Assembly (NCBI GenBank): GCA_945907065.1
Contig: CAMDSC010000002.1
Coordinates: 96,803-160,802, forward strand
Length of the DNA stretch: 64,000 nt
Source: Chitinophaga pinensis
Lineage (GTDB): Bacteria > Bacteroidota > Bacteroidia > NS11-12g > UBA9320
Direction: 5' to 3'
Below, piece after piece: positions 31,388-40,939 of the stretch (positions are counted from its first letter, which is position 1; each line of letters starts with the position of its first letter). The position numbers and the translations under genes were made by a program. Below the pieces are notes generated by a model. The model was not told where the DNA came from, ran no database searches, and worked only from the letters and a program-made list of their open reading frames with translations.

Positions 31388-33371
31388 AGGAAGTAGCCGC
31401 AATCAATCATTAATGATATCTGTAATAGCTATCGGATTTGTATTTGCAATAAGGCTATTTTATTTGCAAGTAATAGATACTTCATATGTCGATTTTGCAA
31501 ATGCTAATTCAAAGAAAATTTTAACAATTCATCCAAACAGGGGCTTGGTTTATGATAGAAATAATAAGTTAATTGCCTTTAACGACAATTTTTATGACTT
31601 GATGATTTCATATCCTTTTGCTCTTAAAAACTTTGATACAATTGGTTTTTGCGAAATTTTAGAAATTACAAAAACTGACTTTATAAAACGGTTAAAAAAA
31701 GCGGATAAGACTGTTTACAAAGGAAGTGCCGTATTTTATAAAAATTTGGAACAATATAAATATGCCGCCTTACAGGAAAGGATATATGATTTTGAACGCT
31801 TTTATATTGATATTAAAACCGACCGCAAATACAAAACTAATGCAGGAGCTCACGTTTTGGGCTATATAGGAGAAATATCTAAAAAACAATTAGAAGCACA
31901 AGATGAAGAAAACTATTATTCGAAAGCTGATTTTGTAGGCCTTACCGGTATCGAAAAATATTATGAAAAGGAATTAAGAGGTGTAAAAGGTGAAGAAGTA
32001 ATATTAGTAGACAGCCGTGGAAGGCAACAAGGAAATTACTCAAAGGGCAAGTATGATAAACAGCCCATTGCAGGCTTGAAAGTATCAACAACATTAGACC
32101 TAACCCTTCAGGAATATGCTGAAAAGTTAATGCAAAATAAAATGGGTAGTGTTGTAGCCATAGAACCATCTACCGGTGAAATTCTTACCCTCGTTTCTAG
32201 CCCTGGTTACAATCCTGATGATTTATCCATACGTAACAAAAGAAAAAATTACGGAAAACTATTAACCGATCCCACCAAACCTCTATTTAATAGGGCAGTA
32301 ACCGCAGCTTATCCGCCAGGGTCTGTTTTTAAACTATTAAATGGATTAATCGGGTTACAGGAAGGGGTTATCTATCCCGAAACCTCTTTCCCGTGTTATC
32401 GAGGTTTTAGTATTGGCCATCTGCATGTAGCTTGCCATCCTCATCCACCCAACTTGGATTTGAGGGGAGCTGTAGCAAATAGCTGTAACGCCTATTTCTG
32501 CAACGATTTCAGGGAAATACTTGAAAACCCAAAATATAAATCGACCCGGGAGGCTTATATCAATTGGAAAGATTATATGCTGCAATTTGGTTTAGCTGGA
32601 AAATTGGGTTCTGATATAAATTTTGAATCGAAAGGTAATATACCAAGTCCTGAGTTTTATGACAAAATGCACAATGGTAAATGGGGGTTTTCCCGATTAA
32701 TTTCGCTATCTATTGGTCAAGGAGAAATACTTATCACCCCACTTCAAATGGCCAATGTAATAAGCACAATAGCTAACCGTGGCTATTATTATACTCCACA
32801 TTGTATCCGAAGGGTTGATGATAAGCCAGCTATACCAAAAAAATTCAAGGAAAAACATAGAATAAAAATTGATCGTCAACATTTTGAAACTATTGTGGAA
32901 GGTATGGCAGGAACCTTATTAAACGGAACTGCTACTGGCGTAAGAATTGACGGTATTGAAATATGTGGAAAAACAGGAACGGTGCAAAATCCTCATGGCA
33001 AAAACCATGCAGTATTTATGTGCTTTGCTCCAAAGGATAATCCCAAAATAGCCATTGCATGTATAGTAGAAAATGCAGGATTTGGTGGAACCTGGGCAGC
33101 TCCAGTAGCCACATTAATGATCGAAAGATATTTAAAAAAAGTAGATACCACTTCTCGACCCGATTTAGAGAAAAGACTATTAAATGCTTATTTTCTATCA
33201 AAACTAAAACCATCGGATACACTCAGAATTAAATTTATAAAAGATTCAACACGAAAAGCTAAAAATGATTCGACGGAACGTAAAAGAAAAAATAATAATA
33301 ACAAGGCCGAAAATTTGCCTCTAAACCGTGATTTAGTTTTAAACAAGGATGAGAGAGAAGAAAATAATTGA
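31380..33371 (+). CDS. mrdA: Penicillin-binding protein 2
   Basis: RGLVYDRN, YPPGSVFK (SxxK), SCN (SxN), KTG. Confidence 0.93.
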   Translation: MSEGSSRNQSLMISVIAIGFVFAIRLFYLQVIDTSYVDFANANSKKILTIHPNRGLVYDRNNKLIAFNDNFYDLMISYPFALKNFDTIGFCEILEITKTDFIKRLKKADKTVYKGSAVFYKNLEQYKYAALQERIYDFERFYIDIKTDRKYKTNAGAHVLGYIGEISKKQLEAQDEENYYSKADFVGLTGIEKYYEKELRGVKGEEVILVDSRGRQQGNYSKGKYDKQPIAGLKVSTTLDLTLQEYAEKLMQNKMGSVVAIEPSTGEILTLVSSPGYNPDDLSIRNKRKNYGKLLTDPTKPLFNRAVTAAYPPGSVFKLLNGLIGLQEGVIYPETSFPCYRGFSIGHLHVACHPHPPNLDLRGAVANSCNAYFCNDFREILENPKYKSTREAYINWKDYMLQFGLAGKLGSDINFESKGNIPSPEFYDKMHNGKWGFSRLISLSIGQGEILITPLQMANVISTIANRGYYYTPHCIRRVDDKPAIPKKFKEKHRIKIDRQHFETIVEGMAGTLLNGTATGVRIDGIEICGKTGTVQNPHGKNHAVFMCFAPKDNPKIAIACIVENAGFGGTWAAPVATLMIERYLKKVDTTSRPDLEKRLLNAYFLSKLKPSDTLRIKFIKDSTRKAKNDSTERKRKNNNNKAENLPLNRDLVLNKDEREENN

Positions 33372-34632
33372 TACAAATACTTTTGACTGGCCAATAATAC
33401 TAATTTATACAGTAATGGTATTGTTTGGTTGGTTCAATATTTATTCAGCCTCATGGAATGAATCAACGGGCAGTATTTTTGACCTTACTAAAAATTACGG
33501 GAAACAATTTTTATTTATTTGCATATCAGCCTTCATAGCTATATTTTGGTTATTTCTTGATCATAAAATTTTTAATCTTTTTTCATATGGAGTATACGGA
33601 ATTCTTGTTGCTCTTGTGATCAGCGTTTTTGTTTTGGGTAAAGAAGTGGCAGGTAATAAAAACTGGATACCAATTGGGAGTTTTAATCTCCAACCTGCTG
33701 AATTTGCTAAATACGGGGTTTCATTAGCGCTGGCAAAATTTTTAGGAACACCGGATGCAAGACTAAAAGATAAGAATACTTTAAGAATGGCTTTGGCTAT
33801 CTTTTTAATACCTATGGCACTAATTTTAATTCAAAAAGATACCGGTTCCGCTTTGGTTTTTTTATCATTTAGTTTGGTTCTGTATCGCGAGGGCCTATCT
33901 GGTATTTGGTTTATCATGGCTTTGTGTGCTATTATAATATTTATACTAACACTCTATTTTGGATCTATTTGGGTATCTGGAATTTTTGCAGCCATAGCTT
34001 TGTTATTTTACATATTTAGTTCACGCCGAAAATATCTAACATGGCCAGTTTTATTGGTAACCATAGCAGTTATAGGCTTTAGTTCTAGTATTAATTTAAT
34101 AATGGACAATGTACTTAAAGACCATCAGAAAAAACGTATTCTCGTTACTTTCGGATTATTAGAAGATTTAAAAAAAGAAGGGTATAATGTTCATCAATCT
34201 AAAATAGCTATAGGTTCGGGAGGAATCATTGGCAAAGGATATTTACAAGGCACTCAAACCAAGTTGAGATATGTGCCAGAACAACATACCGATTTTATTT
34301 TTTGTACTATAGGGGAAGAATGGGGCTGGATTGGGACCATGATACTTCTTATACTTTTTGTAACCCTAATTGCCAGAGTATATTATTTAGCAGAGCGACA
34401 AAAAAACCGATACAATAGAATTTATGCCAATTGCGTTGGTTCCATTCTATTATTCCATTTCACAATTAATATAGGAATGACCATTGGTTTGGTACCGGTA
34501 ATAGGGATTCCGCTACCTTTCTTTAGTTATGGAGGCTCATCACTTATCGGATTTACTGTATTATTATTTACACTTATCCGATTGGATGCTACAAGGTCTA
34601 CAGAGATGAGTACATTAAAAGATATGTACTAA
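33349..34632 (+). CDS. rodA: Rod shape-determining protein RodA
   Basis: QPAEFAK, SKIAIGSGG, PEQHTDFIF, LPFFSYGGSS. Confidence 0.95.
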   Translation: MREKKIIDTNTFDWPIILIYTVMVLFGWFNIYSASWNESTGSIFDLTKNYGKQFLFICISAFIAIFWLFLDHKIFNLFSYGVYGILVALVISVFVLGKEVAGNKNWIPIGSFNLQPAEFAKYGVSLALAKFLGTPDARLKDKNTLRMALAIFLIPMALILIQKDTGSALVFLSFSLVLYREGLSGIWFIMALCAIIIFILTLYFGSIWVSGIFAAIALLFYIFSSRRKYLTWPVLLVTIAVIGFSSSINLIMDNVLKDHQKKRILVTFGLLEDLKKEGYNVHQSKIAIGSGGIIGKGYLQGTQTKLRYVPEQHTDFIFCTIGEEWGWIGTMILLILFVTLIARVYYLAERQKNRYNRIYANCVGSILLFHFTINIGMTIGLVPVIGIPLPFFSYGGSSLIGFTVLLFTLIRLDATRSTEMSTLKDMY

Positions 34633-34637
34633 AACTT

Positions 34638-37600
34638 TTAATTGACCTTTACTCCAATATCCATAAGTTCCAATTCTTTTTGCATGGTTTGGTTCCAGTC
34701 CACCTTTATCTGCCTGCTAAAAAGCTCTGTTTGATGATTGGTTTCCGTATCCTTTACAGAAATTTTAAGTGTTGCTGGACCTTTATTTTCTTTAGTAAGT
34801 TTAATAATCTGATTTAAAATTTCCTTATTAATTTGAGTAGATTTTAATTGAAGCTGAATACTTTTTAAATTGGTTGAACGCAAATCAGCCAAGTAAGTCA
34901 TTTTATTAAACTTTAATTCCAATTCATCAGGATTGCGGAAACTTGGTGTTGTTGACAAAAAACCATATAGCATTGCGTTCAATTGAAGAAACGGACGGTA
35001 GGTGGCAAAATCTTTCCCGAAAAGTGCAAAATCCTTGGCACCACTATAATCCTCAAGAACAAACTTAGCCCATGGTTTTCCTGTTTTGGTAACTCTTTCT
35101 TCAAAAAAAGTTACGATTCCCCCAATTTTCATATCCTTTCCTTTGATGGAATTTATATCTTCCAATTCAGAAATTTTTGTATTGGTAAATAAATCCATAT
35201 CCATTTTAAAATTATCCAAAGGATGACCTGAAATAAACATTCCGGCTACTTCCTTTTCTTTGTTTAATTTTTCAATAGGATTCCACTCTTCTATATATTG
35301 CAGTTTTGGTTCCTGAATATTTCCACCACTGGATTCGCCAAACAAACTGTTTTGGTTGCTAAATTTATTGTCTTGCATTTGGCCACCATATTTAATAGCC
35401 ATTTCAATACCGTTAATTAAAGAACCAGACGATTTTTCCATATATTGGGCACGATTATAAGTTCCCCAGCTATCAAAAGCACCTGCCAATGCCAAAGCTT
35501 CCATAGATTTTTTATTTACTGTACGTAAACTTGCCCGTGACGTCAGGTCAAAAATACTTAAATAGTTTCCTCCAATTTGGCGTTGATTAATAATCTCAAT
35601 CGTTGCAGCATCTCCAATTCCCTTAATTGCTCCCAATCCAAACCGAATTTCACCTTTTTTATTAACTGAAAAATTAACAATACTTTCATTGATATCTGGC
35701 CCTTTTACAACTAAACCCATCCGTTTACACTCATCCATAAAGAAGGTTATCTGGTCAATGTTTCCACTATTATGGGTAAGGATAGAAGCCATAAACTCAG
35801 GCGCATAATGAGTTTTTAAATAGGCCGTTTGATTGGCTAAATAAGCATAACAAGTTGCATGAGATTTATTAAAAGCATATTGAGCAAACGCTTCCCAATC
35901 GGTCCAAACTTTTTCACAAACTTTAAGGTCGTGGCCATTGGCTGTGCAACCTTCCATAAAGGCAGCTTTCATTTTGTCCAAGGTGCCTTTATCTTTTTTA
36001 CCCATGGCTTTTCGCAGGGTATCGGCATCGGCTTTACTAAAATTAGCAAGCTTTTGCGACAGCAACATCACCTGTTCTTGATAAACCGTAATTCCATAGG
36101 TACTTTCCAAAAATTCCGACATGCCTTCTATGTCGTAGGTTATTTTTTCACGGCCATGTTTACGGTTCACAAAGTTGGGGATGTATTCCATAGGCCCTGG
36201 ACGATACAATGCGTTCACTGCAATCAAATCCTCCAATCGTGTAGGTTTTAAATCGCGAAGCACCTTTTTCATTCCGTCACTTTCAAACTGGAATACCCCA
36301 TTAGTATCTCCCCTTTGAAACAATTCCAAAGTCTTTTCATCATCGAGCGGAATTTCATCAGGAATAATTTGAACGTTGTGATTATTTTTTATTAACTCAA
36401 TGGCATCTTTAATAATGGTAAGGGTTTTCAATCCCAAAAAATCCATTTTTAATAACCCTGCATCTTCCACCACTTTGCCATCAAATTGTGTAACCCACAT
36501 GGCAGAATCTTTGAGGGTGCAAACAGGCAAAATTTCAGTTAAATCACTCGGCGCAATAATTACCGCCGATGCGTGAACACCAGCATTTCTTACCGAACCT
36601 TCTAACAACCGGGCTTCTTTTAAAACCCGTCCTTGTAAACTATTTGTACCAATAATTTCACGAAGCTTTAAAATCCCTGTGATATCATCTGGATTATAAA
36701 TATCTTTTAACTTAGCCTCCGGCAAATCAAAAACCTGCTCATAAGTAACTCCCGGTGATTCAGGCACTAATTTTGACAACATGTTTGATTCATCCAAGGG
36801 CAATTCTAAAGCACGGGCTACATCTTTTATGGCCGATTTAGCTTTCATGGAACCATAAGTAATGATTTGTGCTACCTGGTTTTGACCGTATTTATCGATG
36901 ACATAATCAATCACTTTTTGCCGTCCGGCATCATCAAAATCTGTATCAATATCGGGCATGCTCCCTCTTTCCGGATTTAGGAACCTTTCAAAGAGCAACT
37001 GATATTTCACTGGATCAATATTAGTAATACCAATGCAATAAGCCACTGCTGAACCAGCCGCCGAACCGCGGCCCGGACCCACGGCCACACTCATTTTTAT
37101 AGCTGCTTCGCAAAAATCAGATACAATCAAAAAATAACCGGCAAAGCCCATTTTTTTGATAACAGATAATTCAAAATCCAAACGTTCCTGAACTTCAGAA
37201 CTTATTTCACCATAGCGTTTTCTTGCTCCTTCAAAAGTTAAGTGATGCAAGAAATCATCTGAATCAGTAAAAGGAGGTGGCAAAGGAAAGGCCGGCAACA
37301 TCACTTGCTTTTTTAAATCCAGCTTTTCTATTTTATCAACGATTTCAATAGTATTTTCTACAGCATGAGGAACATCACTAAACAAAGTAGACATTTCCTC
37401 TTTAGTTTTAAAATAGAACTCATCGTTAGGAAAACCAAATCTTTGACCTTTAAAATCTCCTTTAGGCGTACTTTGCACATCGCCTGTATTTATGCATAAC
37501 AATATATCATGAGCGTTGGCGTTCTCCTTATCCAAATAATGCGAATCGTTGGATACAATCATCTTCACATTATACTTTTTAGAAAAACGCATCAGCACTT

Positions 37601-38165
37601 CGTTCACTTTATCCTGCTCTTCCATCTTGTGGCGTTGCAGTTCGATGTAATAATCCTCGCCAAATAAATCCAACCACCATTTAAACTTTTCTTCGGCAAC
37701 ATCCTCTCCTTCTTTCAAAATAGCCTGAGGGATTTCAGCCCCAATGCAACAGGTAGTTGCAATCAGACCTTCGTGATATTTTAAAATAAGTTCCTTATCA
37801 ATTCTAGGATACTTACCATACAAGCCTTCTATATATCCGAGCGAACATAATTTGGAAAGGTTTTTATACCCTTCGTCATTTTTGGCTAACAGCAATTGAT
37901 GGCGGCGCACATCTCCAGCTTCCCTTGAAAACTTATTTTTAAACCGGTCTTCTACCACGTAAAATTCGCAACCCACGATAGGTTTTATCCCTTTCTTGTT
38001 GCACTCCGATACAAACTTAAATGCCCCAAACATATTGCCATGATCAGTAATGGCAATGGCTTTCATTTCATCGGCCACCGCTTTTTTTACCATACCTTCT
38101 ATACTGCTTGCTCCATCGAGCAAACTAAACTGGGTATGGCAATGAAGGTGGGCAAAATCGAGCAT
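34638..38165 (-). CDS. dnaE: DNA polymerase III alpha subunit
   Basis: HLHCHTQFSLLDG PHP domain, GRGSAAGS, PDIDTDF, KMDFLGL, YAFNKSH; no intein seen. Confidence 0.98.
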   Translation of the reverse strand: MLDFAHLHCHTQFSLLDGASSIEGMVKKAVADEMKAIAITDHGNMFGAFKFVSECNKKGIKPIVGCEFYVVEDRFKNKFSREAGDVRRHQLLLAKNDEGYKNLSKLCSLGYIEGLYGKYPRIDKELILKYHEGLIATTCCIGAEIPQAILKEGEDVAEEKFKWWLDLFGEDYYIELQRHKMEEQDKVNEVLMRFSKKYNVKMIVSNDSHYLDKENANAHDILLCINTGDVQSTPKGDFKGQRFGFPNDEFYFKTKEEMSTLFSDVPHAVENTIEIVDKIEKLDLKKQVMLPAFPLPPPFTDSDDFLHHLTFEGARKRYGEISSEVQERLDFELSVIKKMGFAGYFLIVSDFCEAAIKMSVAVGPGRGSAAGSAVAYCIGITNIDPVKYQLLFERFLNPERGSMPDIDTDFDDAGRQKVIDYVIDKYGQNQVAQIITYGSMKAKSAIKDVARALELPLDESNMLSKLVPESPGVTYEQVFDLPEAKLKDIYNPDDITGILKLREIIGTNSLQGRVLKEARLLEGSVRNAGVHASAVIIAPSDLTEILPVCTLKDSAMWVTQFDGKVVEDAGLLKMDFLGLKTLTIIKDAIELIKNNHNVQIIPDEIPLDDEKTLELFQRGDTNGVFQFESDGMKKVLRDLKPTRLEDLIAVNALYRPGPMEYIPNFVNRKHGREKITYDIEGMSEFLESTYGITVYQEQVMLLSQKLANFSKADADTLRKAMGKKDKGTLDKMKAAFMEGCTANGHDLKVCEKVWTDWEAFAQYAFNKSHATCYAYLANQTAYLKTHYAPEFMASILTHNSGNIDQITFFMDECKRMGLVVKGPDINESIVNFSVNKKGEIRFGLGAIKGIGDAATIEIINQRQIGGNYLSIFDLTSRASLRTVNKKSMEALALAGAFDSWGTYNRAQYMEKSSGSLINGIEMAIKYGGQMQDNKFSNQNSLFGESSGGNIQEPKLQYIEEWNPIEKLNKEKEVAGMFISGHPLDNFKMDMDLFTNTKISELEDINSIKGKDMKIGGIVTFFEERVTKTGKPWAKFVLEDYSGAKDFALFGKDFATYRPFLQLNAMLYGFLSTTPSFRNPDELELKFNKMTYLADLRSTNLKSIQLQLKSTQINKEILNQIIKLTKENKGPATLKISVKDTETNHQTELFSRQIKVDWNQTMQKELELMDIGVKVN

Positions 38166-38309
38166 GGGTTTTTAAAAATATGGGTGAACCACAAAGTTAA
38201 ATGACAGAGAGGGATTTTTTGTTGGGGGTGGATAAGATGGGGAAGGAATATTTAAAGCTTTTTCTAATCAAAAGAAATAAATTTGAGGTTATATTCTAAA
38301 ATAAAAAAA

Positions 38310-38828
38310 ATGGAAAACCTTAAATACCCCATCGGAAGACTTGTTCTTACTGAACACTATGCCGCCGAACAAATAGCTGAAAAAATAAATGACTTGAAAA
38401 TTTTCCCGAAAGCTTTAAAAAAAGTGGTAAGTAACCTATCGGAAACTGACCTAACCAAAACCTACCGCGAAGGCAGTTGGACAGTAAAACAACTCGTTCA
38501 TCATATTGGTGAAAGCCATACCAATTGCTATATCCGGCTTAAACTGGCATTGACGGAAGAACACCCAATCATCAAACCGTATGATGAAAACCTTTGGGTA
38601 AAAACAAAAGAAAATGAACTGTTACCTATTTCTGTTTCTCTTCAAATTATTGAGGCTATGCATACCAAATTGGTAACACTTTTGGAATCCCTGACTGAAA
38701 CAGAATTATCCAGAACATTTTTTCATCCACAATACCAACGCACTTCACGGATTACTGATTTAATATCGCTGTATAGCTGGCACGGGAAACACCATTTGGC
38801 GCATATCGGGCTAGCGTTGGGGAATTGA
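38310..38828 (+). CDS. YfiT/BstA-like DinB-family thiol transferase or metal-dependent hydrolase
   Basis: LKYPIG, YREGSWTVKQLVHH, IKPYDENLW, YSWHGKHHLAHI. Confidence 0.85.
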   Translation: MENLKYPIGRLVLTEHYAAEQIAEKINDLKIFPKALKKVVSNLSETDLTKTYREGSWTVKQLVHHIGESHTNCYIRLKLALTEEHPIIKPYDENLWVKTKENELLPISVSLQIIEAMHTKLVTLLESLTETELSRTFFHPQYQRTSRITDLISLYSWHGKHHLAHIGLALGN

Positions 38829-38850
38829 ACCTATTTGCGATGTAAAAATA

Positions 38851-38905
38851 TCGCACAGAGCCATGGAGTTTTGGAGTTTTATTTCTCCTCCGTGTCTCCG
38901 TGCGA
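38851..38905. repeat. TCGCAC-type palindromic repeat, copy 1
   Basis: TCGCACAGAGCCATGGAG versus reverse complement TCGCACGGAGACACGGAG (15/18); between convergent genes. Confidence 0.7.
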
Positions 38906-38909
38906 ACTA

Positions 38910-39884
38910 TTACCATCCCAACACCTTGGCAAAAACCAATGGTGCTACAATGGTAGCATCTGATTCAATAATAAATTTAGGAGTATTTATATCTAATTTT
39001 CCCCAGGTAATTTTTTCATTTGGCACAGCTCCTGAATATGAACCATAGCTGGTTGTGCTGTCACTTATCTGGCAGAAATAACTCCAAAAAGGCACATCAT
39101 GCCATTCCAAATCCTGATACATCATAGGAACCACACAAATTGGGAAATCGCCGGCGATACCGCCACCAACCTGAAAAAATCCAACGCCTCTTCCTGAAGA
39201 ATTTTTACGGTACCAATCACTTAACCAAATCATATATTCAATTCCGGACTTCATGGTGGTAGGTTTTAAATCCCCTTTTATACAATAGGAAGCAAAAATA
39301 TTTCCCATGGTGCTGTCTTCCCATCCCGGACAAATGATTGGTAAATTCTTTTCAGCGGCAGCAATCATCCAACTGTCTTTTGGGTCTATTTGATAAAATT
39401 CTTTTAAAGAACCATTCAGTATCATTTTATACATAAACTCATGGGGTAAAAGTCTGTCACCATTGGTGTCGGCTTCTTTCCAAAGTTTATAAATTTGACC
39501 TTGTAACCTACGGAAAGCTTCCTCCTCAGGAATACATGTATCCGTAACACGGTTCAATCCTCTTTCTAATAATCCCCATTCTTCCTGTGGAGTTAAATCG
39601 CGGTAATTTGGTATTCTTTCGTAGTGGTCATGAGCTACCAAATTCATCAAATCCTCTTCCAAGTTGGCTCCTGTGCAAGAGATAATTTGCACCTTATCCT
39701 GTCGAATCATTTCTGCTAATATTTTACCTAACTCTGCCGTACTCATTGCACCGGCAAGTGTTATCATCATTTTTCCTCCTTCATCCAAATGGGTGATGTA
39801 GCCATTGGCAGCATCTATTAAACTGGCAGCATTAAAATGCAAAAAGTATTTTTCAATAAACTCGGTAATTGGTTTTTGACTCAT
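38910..39884 (-). CDS. Deoxyhypusine synthase-like protein (probable homospermidine synthase activity)
   Basis: LAGAMSTAELG, CTGANLEED, GWEDSTMGN, GSYSGAVPNEKITWGK, ESDATIVAPL. Confidence 0.88.
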   Translation of the reverse strand: MSQKPITEFIEKYFLHFNAASLIDAANGYITHLDEGGKMMITLAGAMSTAELGKILAEMIRQDKVQIISCTGANLEEDLMNLVAHDHYERIPNYRDLTPQEEWGLLERGLNRVTDTCIPEEEAFRRLQGQIYKLWKEADTNGDRLLPHEFMYKMILNGSLKEFYQIDPKDSWMIAAAEKNLPIICPGWEDSTMGNIFASYCIKGDLKPTTMKSGIEYMIWLSDWYRKNSSGRGVGFFQVGGGIAGDFPICVVPMMYQDLEWHDVPFWSYFCQISDSTTSYGSYSGAVPNEKITWGKLDINTPKFIIESDATIVAPLVFAKVLGW

Positions 39885-40000
39885 GCGGCAAAGATAATTA
39901 GGAATTGGGAATTAGGAATCAGGAAATTATATAACAACTCATCATTTATTAATAACTTTTAGTTTTTAACTATTAACTTTCACTTTAATTTGCCCCCGCT

Positions 40001-40936
40001 TTGAAAAAAATAATTGGATTCCTTAAAGACTATTTAAGAAACGAATTGAAACCGTGGTTTCTTTTTAGCATCCTGATTTTTATGGCGGGGTATGTTTTTA
40101 TTGAATACCATTATAATTGCACCAATTGGCTGGAACTGCAATATCATGATACCATCACAGATATAGTAATTCAATACCTGATTTTTTTGTTTCCATTTAC
40201 AGTAGGCTATTTACTTTACAGCTCATTTTATAACGACTGGGGCTTGTGGCACAAACCATTATTTTGGTTTCTGCTTTTATTTGCACCTTTGGTTTTTAGC
40301 CTTCGCTCGTTTATTAATTATTTCAGTAATGAAATTTATTCCCAATTGCCCACCGGCCGAACGGCTTTTTTTTACTACCGCTGCACTGCCGTTGTAATTC
40401 GTGATTTGGTAATTGTGCTTCCTGTTTTGGTTTATTGGTGGGTAATGGACAAAAACAAAATGCCTTTTTATGGTTTTACTCTTAAAAATTATGACACCAA
40501 ACCCTACCTAGTGATGCTTGGTATAATGATTCCTTTGGTAGTTTTAGCCTCATATCAAAGTGATTTTTTACATCAATATCCCAAAGGGTTTCATCTTGAC
40601 CCATTAAGTATGGACAACAAAGGCGATCAAAAATATTTCTTTATTTATGAACTGTTTTATGGCTTTGATTTTATCTTTATAGAATACTTTTTCAGGGGAT
40701 TTTTATTGTTGGCTTTCTACCGGCATTTTGGCTGGGGATGCATACTGCCAATGGCTTGTTTTTATGTAGCCATTCACTTTGGAAAACCTTTGGGCGAAAC
40801 CATCAGTTCCTTTTTTGGAGGAACTATTTTAGGAATATTAGCCATTCGAACAGGCTCAGTCGCCGGTGGAATTATTGTACATTTGGGTGTGGCTTGGTTG
40901 ATGGAGTTTACAGCATTGTTGCATAAAATTTTATAG
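40001..40936 (+). CDS. CPBP (Abi/CAAX) family intramembrane glutamic endopeptidase
   Basis: Multi-TM; EYFFRG, AIHFGKP, GIIVH. Confidence 0.8.
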   Translation: MKKIIGFLKDYLRNELKPWFLFSILIFMAGYVFIEYHYNCTNWLELQYHDTITDIVIQYLIFLFPFTVGYLLYSSFYNDWGLWHKPLFWFLLLFAPLVFSLRSFINYFSNEIYSQLPTGRTAFFYYRCTAVVIRDLVIVLPVLVYWWVMDKNKMPFYGFTLKNYDTKPYLVMLGIMIPLVVLASYQSDFLHQYPKGFHLDPLSMDNKGDQKYFFIYELFYGFDFIFIEYFFRGFLLLAFYRHFGWGCILPMACFYVAIHFGKPLGETISSFFGGTILGILAIRTGSVAGGIIVHLGVAWLMEFTALLHKIL

Positions 40937-40939
40937 TTC

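Noticed and set aside
34638..38165. Intein in DnaE (also considered for PolA and RecG)
   Set aside because: Lengths and motifs are normal; no intein-like insertion seen
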